Part shown: positions 1-12,991 of the stretch, piece by piece
Numbering within the stretch: position 1 is the stretch's first letter
How the letters are laid out: every line of letters begins with the position of its first letter
Origin: Geosiphon pyriformis uo1
Lineage: Eukaryota > Fungi > Glomeromycota
DNA: 64,000 nucleotides
Direction of reading: 5' to 3'
NCBI GenBank assembly: GCA_016748015.1
Contig: JAAOMT010000741.1
Coordinates: forward strand, 372,001-436,000
Notes under the pieces: model-generated
Told to the model about the DNA's origin: nothing
The model's input: the letters and a program-made list of their open reading frames with translations, nothing else
Database searches by the model: none
Made by a program: the position numbers and the translations under genes

Positions 1-650
1 TTAAAGCAGCACCTCAAACAGCAGGGTAAATGTTTTGATTTTGCAAGTTAAAGAAATAGACTGAAAATACAATAACAGCCACAGTTCCAAAGAAAGAACA
101 TCAAAGCTTCCCCTTTGGGTTTTGAACTTGCGTCATTTTTTTATGGATATGACTACATAATGTTTGAGCCCTAAACCCATAATAACCTCAAAAAGCGAAG
201 AAACAAACCTTTTAGAATATGTCAAAGGGCTGAAAAAACAGTTCTCGCCTTCAAAAATCTGTAAAAATTATTGTCTGTACATCAAAACGTCAGATAGTGA
301 TGTAAATCTCATATGATCCGGTATTTGAACGGTGTTACTGGATAAAAAAGCACTAAAATTGACTCGCTTTTCACGCATATCTTTCAAATTTTTCTGCAAT
401 TCCTTCCATTCGTATGCCTATCAAAATACCGGCTGAATCGGTAAAAGTCAACTTAATATTGACCTTTACAAGTAGTATATGAGCCTAATAGCTTTCTGCA
501 AGCTTCACCGGTGTAATTAATGAAATAAATACAGAGAATATTGCATTATCGGTAAAACCGGAATTTCAGTTTAACGAGGAATCACATTTAATTTCTCCAA
601 GACTCATAAAATTTTTGTCTGGGAAGACTCAAATACGAAAACATTAAAAA

Positions 651-2002
651 ATGTCACAGTTACACCAAAAGTTACATAGACCGCGTTCTGGTTCTACTCA
701 TTCTTTGGCTGGTAGCGTGAATGGGGCAACAGTAACCTTAACTTCTACAGGCACTCAAAACTTTAGTAATGGCAACGCTCGAAGCAATATTAATGCTAGC
801 AACCAAAGTAATTCTAATGGTCCGCTTGGTGGAAATTCACACATGTCTCCATTAAATGATACGCATGGTGAACAACGAAAACTTAATCGAGAATCAATGG
901 CCCACGAGTTACCAACGGGACCTCCTTCGAAACCATTTCGAGATCCCACTAGTGATTCATTTTCCACGCACGCGTACAGTTGGCCAATTCTCTTTGCTGT
1001 TATACCACCAATGGGTGGATTAATCTATGGAAAATCCGAAGTTTGGAGTGATTTCCTTTTACTGCTTTTAATTGCTTTTTATTTATATAATATCATCAAA
1101 GGTAATTGATTGGATCGAGTCCTTGTTTGCGCGCTCTAGGTCAGAAGTTTATTAACCGAAATTTCATAATGTCAGTCCCGTGGGAGCTCTATTATGCCGC
1201 CAGATCGAGACGCGTGATGAATGAAAATGTGCTTACCGGGCAGACGGCAGATTTAGCCTTGGAAGCGAACCGCCTAATGGCGGCGCGTGAATTACGTCGT
1301 TTAGAGTTGTACGCGCTAGGTTTGGTGCTTGCATCACCTATATTCGGTGGCTTCGCTTTACATTATGTTAAACGTTATTTCGAGTACGACGAGTATATCT
1401 CCCATTTCAACATTTCTTTATTTGTATTTGCCGCTGGTATTCGTCCTTTGATGCACATTGCCAGCTTAGCCAAAAACCGTACACTTCATCTTCAAGAACA
1501 AGTTCATTACCCGAGTACCGAGGTAGAACTCTTGAAATCTCGTGTACAGCATCTTGAGTATGAGTTCTCGCAGTTACGTCGTGGTCTCGCCACCAAACGC
1601 GATGTTATTCAAGTAAGAGATGGAATTGAACCAACAATCTCCCAGCTCAACAAGGTTGTCAAGAAATATGAAAAAAAGGAACAATACCTTCGGACCTATT
1701 CTGAAGAAAGATTCACATATTTAGAGGCGAAATTGCGTGAATATGATAGTTTTATCGCTTACAAACTTCAGGAAGAGCAAGCCATGAGTCTACCTCGTAG
1801 TATGATGCAGGTCATATTTCTGCCTTTAAATGTAACGTTTACCGTTCTGGGATATGCAAAATATTTTTTGCCTTTATCTTTGAGGGGCAGACAAACTCCA
1901 ATGTTGGCCGGTTCCCATGCAGAAGATGAGAATATAGGAAATCGATTGCATGGAGATACACAAGAAGTTTTCACGTCAGGAAGGGATCTTCAAAAATATT
2001 GA
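651..2002 (+). CDS. Conserved fungal hypothetical membrane protein with C-terminal coiled coil (exons 651-1101, 1176-2002)
   Basis: GTAATT..CAG intron at 1102-1175 joins ...LYNIIK-V-PWELYY in frame. Disordered N-terminus, hydrophobic segments (WPILFAVIPPMGGLIYG, FLLLLLIAFYLY, LYALGLVLASPIFGG), and a heptad-like C-terminal region. Confidence 0.8.
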
Positions 2003-2075
2003 GTTTCCTCGGTATGCTTTATGAATTTCACCCTATTGGTGGGAATTTTCTTGATGTATACGTGATTTTTTTAAA

Positions 2076-2111
2076 ATATATGTATATATATACATATATA
2101 TATATATATAT
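2076..2111. repeat. Imperfect (TA)n microsatellite
   Basis: atatatgtatatatatacatatatatatatatatat, 3' of gene 1. Confidence 0.85.
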
Positions 2112-2485
2112 TAGGTAGACTTATATTAAGTCCGCACGCTTTAAAACTTATTATTTGATTCATTCAAGCCTTTAGCCTTGTTTGTTTATATACTGTGAGA
2201 CCTGTTCCCCGCCTAATATTAAAGAATCGTCAAAATATACAAAAACAAATCGATCATATTATTATTATATATGCGCTGTTTTCCATATGTCAATTTTTAA
2301 GTGGGCACGACATTTTCAATGAGTCATAAATAGTTCAATCCGAGAGTTTCATGATTGGAGGTCAGCGTTCAACGAAAATCGCATCGCTTTAACAATATGA
2401 ACTGCTGAAAAGTTTAAACAATGTCTTTTGATTTGGCAACTTTTTAATTGACATTTTAAATTAATTACTTTTCTCAAGAAAAAAA

Positions 2486-4189
2486 ATGTTTCTTTCCGGT
2501 ATTGACTTACAGGCCCTTGGAACACCCTATAAAGAGTACGTGCTTGCGTTCTCTTGGGCTGTATATTTACTGGAACAATACTTGAGGTTTGACACAGTTT
2601 TTAGAAAGCTATTTTTCTTCCTTTACTTGCCTTCACGTTTTTTCGTTTAGTTACCGACAATACCAAAAACTCAAAGAACCAAATCCACCAGCAAGTCTTA
2701 TTGATAATGAAGACATTCGTGAAAAATATCCCAAAGCCCAAGCATATAGTATAGATAAAGCAAAATTTGGTTTTATCTCCTCTTTCTTGAGTCAAATAGA
2801 AAATACAAGTCTTATTGTATTCGATCTTCTACCATGGATGTGGAGGATATCCGGGAATTTACTCGAATATGCTGGTTATGACCAGAGTTATGAGGTATTT
2901 GCGAACTCCATAGCAAAATTTTTCTATATGTTTCTATTAATGTGAACCCAATTAAGAAATCTTTTATTCTAGATTGTTCAATCTTGCATTTTTGTGGCCA
3001 TTTGGGGTTTTATCTCTTTTACAATCTCACTTCCGACCTCTCTATATTATACCTTTGTGATTGAAGAGCGTCACGGTTTTAATAAGATGACTATAGCCCT
3101 GTACATAACCGACACGCTAAAATCACTGCTACTTATGAGTGTCATTGGGATACCCGTGCTATCTTTGGTCTTATATATCATCCAGTGGGGAGGAGATAAT
3201 TTTTATTTCTACGTATGGCTGTTTATGTAAGCTTATTTTTCTTCAGTTTGTCATATTTTTTAATTTGAAATCCATAATAATAAACAAGCTGATATTACTT
3301 TTTATATTCACTTAATGAATAATAGGTTGTTCTTCAACTTCATAATGCTCACCCTTTACCCAACTCTTATACAACCACTATTTAACAACGTCACACCTCT
3401 TCCGGAAGGAGATCTTCGTGTTCAAATTGAGAACTTGGCTTCTAAAATCAATTTTCCACTCAAAAAACTATATTTGATTGATGGAAGCACACGTTCAAGC
3501 CACTCAAATGCTTATTTTTACGGTTTCTTCAAAAATAAAAGGATTGTGTTATATGACACGCTGGTGGATTCGGCGAAAAATGATGAAATTGTGGCCATCG
3601 TTGGTATGTCTTGTCATCCGTTTCTGGGATTGCCAGCTAAATTTATTCGAAATCTCAAAGCCTATTCCTCACTCTCTCATAATAAAAAGGTCACGAGCTG
3701 GGACATTGGTATCTCAATCACACAATTAAAGTTCTCCTGATCGGTCAAGTTCAGATACTCTCTCTCTTCTTTCTCTTTTCACAGTTTATCCACAATGCTC
3801 CACTTTACCGATCTTTCGGGTTTGAGACACAACCTACTTTGATCGGATTTATTCTGTTTCAACATATTTACGCTCCGGTTGACCATGCGCTTACATTTTT
3901 GATGAATATATTGAGTCGTAAGCACGAATTCGAAGCCGGTAGGTTAAATACTTATTCAGCGATATGGGATCAGAAAAGTAAATTCGAAATTTATTTATAC
4001 CGATGATATAAATTATTTTTAGACGCATATGCCAAGAAATTGGGTTACGCGGAAGAGCTTCGTTCTGGTTTGATCAAGATCCACACAAAAAATTTATCAA
4101 ACCTTAGTAATGATTCTTGGTATTCCGCATATCACTTCTCACATCCTCCTCTCCCGGAAAGATTAAACGCTCTAATTAAGACCGACTAA
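2486..4189 (+). CDS. STE24: CAAX prenyl protease 1, peptidase M48 zinc metalloprotease (exons 2486-2586, 2651-2894, 2973-3226, 3326-3603, 3690-3938, 4023-4189)
   Basis: Five GT-AG introns give a continuous frame containing YYTFVIEERHGFNK, DGSTRSSHSNAYFYGFFKNKRIVLYDTL, the HELGH zinc motif (just after intron 4), SRKHEFEADAYA and YHFSHPPLPERL. Stop TAA at 4187-4189. Confidence 0.95.
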
Positions 4190-4322
4190 CAGACACAACA
4201 TATCTCACTATTAAATTTACCTTCATAATTTGAAAAAAGCGAATCGAAAATTCATGGGTTCCTTTTAATATTTACTCTTACGTATAATTTATGTATAACC
4301 TAATATTATCAAAGGATGAATT

Positions 4323-4335
4323 CCCCCCCCCCCCC
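4323..4335. repeat. Poly-C(13) tract between the convergent STE24 and HIS3 3' ends
   Basis: Direct reading of 13 consecutive C. Confidence 0.85.
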
Positions 4336-4367
4336 TTAGATTAAATAAACAATTCCCACAGAATTTT

Positions 4368-5278
4368 TTACAAGACCCCTTTTGTACTGGGTACATCGTT
4401 TGTTCCTGTTCTCTCAATTGCTTGCCGTAAAGCTACCGCGAGTGCTTTGAAAGCAGACTCCGCCCTATAAGTTGTTTCCAATCGTATCAAAATTTTTGAT
4501 CAAGCTTCAAATTACGGCAATCCAATATAATAACTTGTACCTGTGATGGTCATTTTTTCCTTTAATTACATCAACGTGCAAGGTTATGCCTGCCGAGGTA
4601 GCAAAAGAAAATAAAACGTGGGATAGCATTTCTGTAGACAATGTACCCAGTTTTTCTCGCTTTAGATCGAGTGTCACATCGGCAAATGGCCTTCCCGAGA
4701 TATCAACCACAGCACGTGATAGTGCCTGGAGCCGAAATTTTGGGATTTGTCAAAAAATGTCGTTCCTTTAACGGTTATTGATTAAAATCTGAACGATGAA
4801 TACCTCATCCAAAGGTGCATATGCGTATCCAAAACGTTTTATGCCCCTTGGCTCACCCAGCGCTTGCTTGAAAGCTTGTCCAAGAGCAATGGCTGTATCT
4901 TCGGCGGTATGGTGATCATCAATATGCAAATCTCCTTGACACTTAAGTGACAATGACCATCCCGAATGTTTCGCTAGCGCATCATACATCTATATATTTA
5001 AGGGACGCCATAGTATTGGATCAAAATTCCAAAAATCTTGTGAGCAAATCTTAAGGATTCTTTTAAGAGCACATATTTTTATTTTTACAGATTACATCCA
5101 CTCGTCCCAGCAGCGTCAAGAAAAGGGAATTGAACTTTTAAAAAATTACGTGATCCAAAAATCCAATTCCAGAATTCACATCAATCGTTTGGTTCGCAGC
5201 CGAATCCAAATTCAAGGCCACACTGATATCGGTTTCTTTTGTTTTACGTGTGATACTTATCTTGCGAGAAATTGACAT
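4368..5278 (-). CDS. HIS3: Imidazoleglycerol-phosphate dehydratase (exons 5278-5150, 4989-4804, 4725-4541, 4464-4368)
   Basis: The spliced product contains [64 protein letters not shown] and C-terminal VPSTKGVL. Three GT-AG introns. Confidence 0.96.
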
Positions 5279-6053
5279 TATGATAAGTATTACTTATTAT
5301 GAGCTTAAAATGACGAATCTAAAGGACAAGAACAAGAATGAGCTTTTCGGATTAATGATTTTCTTTCAAAAAAATTGCTCGTTTCGGCATTATCAGCCTA
5401 GCTATTGTTTGTTGGGATCGATTCCATATTTTTGGTATTGTTCTGCCCTAATATCTAGCAATCCTTGCAGCATTGACGGGAGGGTGATCAATGATTGATG
5501 ATCATAGCAGATAGTTCAGTATTTGCAAGGAGCCATTTGACGCTATTGTATAATTAAATATCTTGCAATGGTTAATGTGACCTTTTTTGCTTTATCATTA
5601 TGCTATTACCCAGGACTCGGCATCACAAAACGGCTACCTTCCGAGTCACAAAAATTGTCGGGAAATATGGTATCCTCACCGTAAAAAGAAATTTTACTTC
5701 GTGCGACTGTGTGACGGTATGACAGAACGTCTCTTTGATTATTTATCCTCTTACAATTCCTGTCTCTCTTCTAACTGCATCGAAAGGTACCATCCTATTA
5801 TTTAACACCAAAATATTAACGTTTTCGCGTCTAAACCTTGAATTTTTGTGCGCAATTTTTCCAATATTACGGTGCTGCAGTACAAATATTTCAGGAGCTG
5901 TGTTTCTCGTCCAAACTTCCATTCAACGTGTACATAAGTTTTCTTTACCAATTTGACTCTGCCATACCTTTTTTCTTTGGTCGGAACGAAAAGAGAATCC
6001 CATCCCGGCGTTCATTCTTCCATATCTTATTCCAAAAGCATTGCAAAATTTCT

Positions 6054-9000
6054 ATGACGAACGAAAATGATATTGCTTCGCCGATACCAACGGTCCAACG
6101 TCCAAAGAGAAAAAAGACAGCTGGTCTCCAAGTCGTGCTCCCAAAGTCGGGTTCAATTACATTTGATAAATTGTTAGATGATTCAAGTAGGAAAGAGAAA
6201 GAAGAATTAGCGTCAAAGGCTGCAACAGATGAGGTTTGTGTTCCAGGAGTAAAGTTGATTCTTGCCCATTCAAACGCTACATAACAAACAAATTGGCTGA
6301 AACACCCAAAAAAATCAACTATAAAATAATTATTGTGCTGACAATTCATCTACCATATTTAACAGCAAACACAAGCTAAACTTGAGATTAATACAAAACC
6401 AGACATATATCAGACGGTCCCTTACGTGAATGAGGACAAAAGCAAAGTAATTGTAAATTATCCTCCTACTAAAAGCCGAAAGGAGAAAGATGCACATATA
6501 AACGATGCGATCAACGCTTTGAATGGTAAACGAGGGGTGAGTCAAACAATGAAGTTTTAATTATCATTTTCCAACGAGAAATCTCAATTTGAGATAATAG
6601 TAAAGCTAATTACAAAAAAATGACATATTAAAGCCTGTTAAAAAAAACATGCCACCGGAAGATTATGAAACATTCCAACAAACTATAATTTTGGGAAAAG
6701 GGTCTGATCAGGCAAAACCTCGGGGATCTAATTATGGACAACTAGATTCCGAGTTCCAATTTCCTGTTAGGTCAAATGGATCAGCGTCTACATCCTCTAG
6801 TTCAAATTTAGATACCCATCATACAAAAATAGGTCGTTTGAACGACGAAAATAAAGATAATGAGCCGGATGATCACGAAAAAACAGATAAATCTCGTCGA
6901 AGAAAGAGCAACCTAAATATTTTTGCTAAAGAATTCACACCTTCTACAGACACAACTAAATACATAGAGGCAGGAGGAAATAGCGACGAAGAGAAGGTGA
7001 AAACTGTAAAAAAGGATAAGGTAAAGTTTGTTTTATTTATATTTTCCTTGTATTTATGCATGATATAAAGTCCCTGATAAGATTTGCCTTATTTGTAAAA
7101 TAATATAGACATTAACATACGCCAATATTTTTAAAATTACTTTAGGTGATGCAGATATCACAAGAGGTAAACGGGGAATTAATTGATCCACCAATTGAAT
7201 CAAATTTTCAAAAAAAGAAGCGAATAGATAGTCAGCCCGACGATTTTGTCTTGGGAACTTATTGCTCTAACCCAGCCATTCCAGTTCCACCGATTAATTG
7301 GGATGATTTACACGCGAAGGTTTCATATGACGTTGCTGCACGTATTGAAGCTGGAGTACAGAAAAGAATTGAAAGGTTTTTAGCCGAGGTAAAGATTCCT
7401 TTCACAGAATCTCTCAAGTCGGATGGTCTACAATCTTCGAACGATGACCTGAAAAGAGATGAAGAAATAAAACTACAACAAGAAGCGGAACGTCGACGTG
7501 AAGAATCTGAACAAAAGAAGGAAGAGGCTAGACTTCAATATTTACGAGATGCCCTTCTCAAAGACATGGGAGTTGGACATCAAAGCTTTGAAAAAAGATA
7601 CAATGATTTGTTGTCGCGTTATGAAGAATTGCAAAAGCGTCAATTTGAGCATCAAAATCAATTGAAAAAGACCGATGATATATTTAAGCGTCATATTGAA
7701 CTTCAAAATAAGCATGAGACCTTACAGTTGAATTTGGAAACAATACTTTTTGATGTCAAAAGCTTTGAGGAGCTCCAAAGTCGATTCCATGACCTGCAAA
7801 AAGAGCACAAGCAATTACATAATCGATATCAACAACTTCAGGGCGAAATAACTCAATCTCAAAAAAGACAGAACCGTTTGGTTGAACTTGAAAAAGAGCT
7901 TGCTCAGCTGAGGAGCCAAAATGTCGAATTTGCGAACGAAAACGCAAAGCTTTCCGAGGAGAATCGAACTAACAAAATTAAGAATCAAAAACAAGAAAAT
8001 ATTATCAAGGAATTAACTGCTCGCGAGCTCGAACTCTCCAATAATATCAAGACCGCACAATTAAAGGATTCTTTGGCTTATCAATCTTTGGAAAATGATT
8101 TAAAGCAGGCACGAGAGGAGCTCCAGAAATTTAATCGAGATTCTAAAATCAAGCTTCAAAATATTGAAGAAGAGAATGATGCTTTAAAAAAGAAAGAAAT
8201 ACTTTGGCAACAACAACAAAATCAATGGCAGCAGACGGAGTATGAGTACAAAAAAGATGTTGATGAGCTTAACGATAAAATAAGGGCTCTCGGAATTGAT
8301 CTTGGGGAATCGAAATTGGAGGTTCGTGAGCAGCAACGATTGTTTAAAGATGAACTGAATGTAAACAAGAAGATTTTTAACAAGACGGAAGATAATTTGC
8401 GCTCACAACTTCATGAGCTTCAACAAAAACAAATTCACCTAGAAACCAAAGCTTCTTTGAGTGTTACTTTACAAGAGCTTAATAAAACCATACAACAAGA
8501 GTTGGAGGAGGCTCTTTCTCATAATCGTGAACTCCAGAATATGGTTGAAAGCCATAAAACCAGCGAGAGTCAACAACTTCGTAATCGAACAATGGAAATT
8601 AGTATAATGAAAAAACAGATCGAAGAATTGGAGAAAAATCGACTTTCGCAAGAACGCACTATTCTCGAATTAGAAGCTAGTGCAGGTGAAATTTTCCAGC
8701 TTCGGAAAAAAGTCGCGTCGCTGGAAACACACACCAAAGAACTCGAGGAAGTGTGTGCACGGATCGAAGATTTGGAAGCACAAACCAGCGAGTTGGAGCG
8801 CGTACGTGCTCAATGTCGAGATCAGACACATGATTTAGAGAGACTACGCAAGCAAAATCGCGAATTAGAAGAAATTCAAAGATTACAATCAGAAGAAAAC
8901 CGTTCTATAAAGCAAGAAACTGAGAAATTGAATCAAACACTTGATAAACTACAAGTTACCGAGACCGAATTGAATAATACACGTCAGCAGCTAGCAAACA

Positions 9001-10217
9001 AGGACGCCAGTTTGAAACGCATGCAGAACATAGAATTGAGCAAATTACTAAACCGGGTTGCAGATTTAGATTCCAAATTACGTGAATCCGAAAATAAAAA
9101 AGCTCCATTGCAAGCCGAAATCACTAGACTTCGTGAGGTTGATACCGAAAAAGAAAAATTGCAGGCCGAAAATAACCGACTGCGAAATTTAGAGAAAGAA
9201 AAATATACATTTCAAAATGAAAAGATAAATTTTGTTACCGAAAAATCGAACTTACAAGCTGAAATAAGTAAATTGGCTGCCTCCAAATTCACGTTGGAGG
9301 GCGACTTAAGTAGAATCCAAAGTGAGAATGCCTCCCTTGAAGCTGAACTTCAACAATTGAAGAATTCAGGTTTCAACAGCAACCCTTACTATACCACTAC
9401 CTCTTCTATAAACGATTATAATTTCACACCTAAACCTGTAAATAAATACAAAGTCCCGCCTGACACCAATAATATTTATAATTCTTCCAAGAATATTTAC
9501 CAGGCACCGCCTGTTGTCGCGGACACGTACAATGTTCCCTCTTCGACCACTAATGCGTACAACATTCCACCTGTTATCAGTGAGAAATATGGTCCTCAAT
9601 CCGTCGATTATAAATTGTATGGTGGATCAACACCCATCATAAATAATCATTACACCGATACTTATACGCCATTAACTTCCGGTGGGGCTGATCATATGAC
9701 TTCATTTACAACCACAGTTGAACCCATGAACAATCTAGCTGATTCTGAAATACATGATAATCGCCGAATTGACCGTGAAATACTCTTGAACTCGGAGCAT
9801 TCCAGTATACCTAATGTAAATCTTCCGGTCACAAAATCCCGCAGTCAACCTCAGACGTCTAAGGGGTCGGTACACCCTAATTCAAGGTCACACAGCCGAA
9901 ATAATTCGCGTCAATCATCCTCCGCAAATAACAAACAAATGGGCACAAAACCCAAAAATAAGGGAAAGAAAGACACTTCCAGCAAATATCGGGAAAATCT
10001 TCCAGCAACACCATTTCTTAAAAAAGATAAAGAGAGAAATGCTGATATATTTTATAATGGAGAAAAGGAGGGGAGGAATGGAAAGAACCAACAGGGAGAA
10101 ACTGCGGTAAATGTACAAAATCAGTGGGGTGATGGAGAGTTGACTAACGATAAGTGGTGGGGAAATGGAAATGAAAAGAAAGAGGAGGAGGAGGAGGAGG
10201 AGGAGGAGGAAGAATAA
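6054..10217 (+). CDS. Large (~1269 aa) coiled-coil protein with PAM2 motif and poly-Glu tail (exons 6054-6233, 6366-6536, 6634-7020, 7146-10217)
   Basis: Phase-0 introns (GTTTGT..CAG, GTGAGT..AAG, GTAAAG..TAG) join four exons in frame. About 600 aa of E/Q/K/L-rich heptad sequence in the last exon; SNLNIFAKEFTP at 6907-6942. Confidence 0.8.
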
Positions 10218-10318
10218 GTGGAGGAGGAGGAGGAGGAAGAAGAAGCATAAGAGGAGGAGGAAGAATAAGTGGAGGAGGAGGAGGAGGAAGAAGAAGCATA
10301 AGAGGAGGAGGAGGAGGG
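10182..10318 (+). repeat. (GAG/GAA)n tract containing a perfect 51-bp tandem duplication (10200-10250, 10251-10301)
   Basis: Unit GAGGAGGAGGAAGAATAAGTGGAGGAGGAGGAGGAGGAAGAAGAAGCATAA occurs twice. Confidence 0.9.
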
Positions 10319-10624
10319 AGTTCATCGTGTAAAGTTTAAAAAAAATAGACATTAAATTTAAAAACTAGATGTACAAAAGTTTAGTTGTATAAAATATTTT
10401 AATAAAAAACCGATTCGATAGCATTTGCAAGAATACATGTTGTGACTCATCAGTGCAGAACAAAATTAATTGGCTTATACTACTTTTTTCAATCGTAAGT
10501 AATTTCCCTCCTTAACTCAGGCGAGGTAAAACATTTACTACGATCACTCATTCTTCCCCGAGCCTAACCAGCACCATAGTGAAGTTATTGGGATCAAAGG
10601 CCAATATTGAACTACCACTCCAAA

Positions 10625-11551
10625 ATGTCTTTTCTTAAAAAAGCTTCACTGTTTGCTCCTCGTTCTCGCTATAATAATGTGGGGTTTACCGCGCAAATAT
10701 GTCAGGTAAACGCTTACAAGTTTTTACTATACAGTTTATTGACTAATAAAGGTTTTTACCATCCAACCCTTCCTTCTCTATTACTTTCGATGCCTTATTT
10801 TTCCATTAATAAAGAGGTTATTCTCTGTCAATTCCCCTGTTACGTTGGAACATAACGCGAGTAAAGTATTAAGATTCATTTATTATGGGGTCTAAGAGGT
10901 CTTATTGATAATCTTAGATCTTATCAATTTTCGCTAATTCTACCTTTTTCAAATCCAAAGCTTTTAACAGAGTTCTACTGGGTGGCATTGTCACCGATAA
11001 GCCGCGTTTCTTTCAAAATCCTCAGGGCTATGAACGAGCAAACTATTCCATAGCTACCTATGAAGTTAACAGACATGGTTTTCAGTATCTTTTATAGTTG
11101 GTAATTTTTCCACGATAAACATAATTCTGATATTTCATATTTCCTGAAATCTTTAGGAGTAAATGAAACTTTACATTATATTCAAGTTCGTAGCGGGATG
11201 CAAATGGATAATATCAAGGAATTGAATACTGGGTAAGATGCTCATATATCTCTTTTAGCACAAGTCAAACCAATTGAGCCGGATACCATTTAACGTATCA
11301 CAGGGATTATGTTTTTGTTGAGGGCCAGTTGAAGTCTTTTATCAGACAATCGACGGGGGAAAGGGTTATTACCATTGTTCAAGGCAAGACTATTTAGAAA
11401 TTTTTGCAATATTTGTCATTGGGTCCCCATTACTATATTTTAATTACTTTTTATCATTCATTTTTCATTTACAGACAGATGTTCACTGTTACAGAAGACA
11501 TTTAATAAAAAGTCACATGTCGGAAGCGAAGACGATGATCAAGCCTTCTGA
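10625..11551 (+). CDS. Mitochondrial-type single-stranded DNA-binding protein (OB fold, RIM1/SSBP1-like); proposed exons 10625-10705, 10815-10860, 10961-11077, 11157-11232, 11304-11383, 11475-11551
   Basis: Basic, acid-free presequence-like N-terminus MSFLKKASLFAPRSRY, then FNRVLLGGIVTDKP, ANYSIAT, LHYIQV, LNTGDYVFVEGQLKS and VITIVQDRCSLL, matching SSB strand order. The last intron needs a GC donor. The first acceptor could alternatively be 10751. Confidence 0.75.
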
Positions 11552-11749
11552 ATTTGAACATATGAACACGACTACGCATTTCCTGAGAAGAATCTTTGAT
11601 AAATTATCAGTTAATCTTAATATTTGGAAGTTGTTAGTCAAGTAATTAATAATAATATTAATATAAATTTGATTGTATTGGTGAATATTTTTTTTGTGTG
11701 TAATTTTGATTTGCATTCAGTGCAAAACAGCATAAACCAACATTTAAAA

Positions 11750-12990
11750 ATGAATTTTTATTAAAAAAATCCTTTTGATGCTCAGCAATTATTCCAAACA
11801 AACGTATTAAAACAATTTATAAGCTAAAATAATATAAAAAAATAAAACAACAATTATTATTATTAAAAAAATAGATTAATATAATAAAATTTAATTTTTA
11901 TTTTATTTTATAATTTTTTATTAAATTTAGTTTTTTTTATCTATTTTGTAATACACATGTTTTTTATATAATTAGTTATTAAACCAATTAAAATTATTTT
12001 ATAACAATAAATTTTTATATATAGTTTTATAATTATAAATTTATTTATAAATAATATTTTAATATTTTAACTTTGGTTTAAATGTATTTAATAATAAATT
12101 TAAAAAAAAACCAGCATTGGTTTCAAAAAAAAAAATTTTATAATCAAACTTAAAAATTTAATAAAAAAGTTTAACAATAATAACAATATTTCTTTAAAAA
12201 AACTTATAATTTAATTATAAATATAATACAAATAAACTAGTTTTGGTTTAAAAAATAATATTGAATTTTTGAATAATTTAAATATGTTAATATTTAAAAT
12301 TAATTATGTTGAAAATATGTTAATTACTTTTTTATAAAACTTGATTTTAAAAAATAAATAATACAATAAGTTTAAAATAATTTTTATTACTTTTAATAAT
12401 TGTTTTTTTTTATTCAAGAAAAAAATTGTGTTTATTTATTAAAAATTATTTGTATTAAATATTAACTTAATAATTATAAAAGCTAAAATTTTTTTAAAAA
12501 ACTATAAATTATTAAAAAAATATTCTTATTAATTATTAATGTTAAAAAAATCTTTGTTTTTTTAAGATTTTAAATAAATATTAAGTTGTTATTTATTTTT
12601 AAATTAAGCTTAATTAAAACAAAATTAATTATTAAAAAAAATAATGTATTTATAAATTTTTACAGATTAAAAAAAATATTTTATTTTATTTTTATAATAA
12701 TTAAAGCAAAAAATAAGAAAGCTGTATTTTTTTAATTTTTTTAAATCAATTAATAATTTTTTTACTAATAAAATATTAATAATTGTAAAAACTACTTAAC
12801 AGTATTTTATAATAATATTTTTTTTAAATAATATAATAATTAAACAGTTTTTTATTGTTTTAAAAGCATTTTTTTTATCTTTGATTAGAAGTTTTTTTCA
12901 AAGTTTTTTTAAAACAGTTTATTTAAAATAATTCTTATATAATTTCTGTTTTTTAAAAAAATTTTTAAGTATTTTAATAAAAAACTGGTA
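11750..12990. other. Extremely AT-rich relic DNA (probably terminally mutated transposon sequence)
   Basis: Abrupt switch to roughly 85-90% AT with essentially no CpG and no credible ORF. Confidence 0.6.
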
Positions 12991-12991
12991 A

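Noticed and set aside
4368-5278. Recent bacterial transfer of HIS3 or the SSB gene
   Set aside because: Both carry multiple spliceosomal introns, and HIS3 has fungal-type motifs ([10 protein letters not shown]).
5250-6053. Short ORFs in the HIS3 / coiled-coil intergenic region
   Set aside because: Non-ATG starts and no recognisable motifs; the region is better explained as a divergent promoter.
9915-10352. 145-aa poly-Leu/Phe minus-strand ORF
   Set aside because: It is the antisense shadow of the GAG/GAA repeat and the coiled-coil gene.
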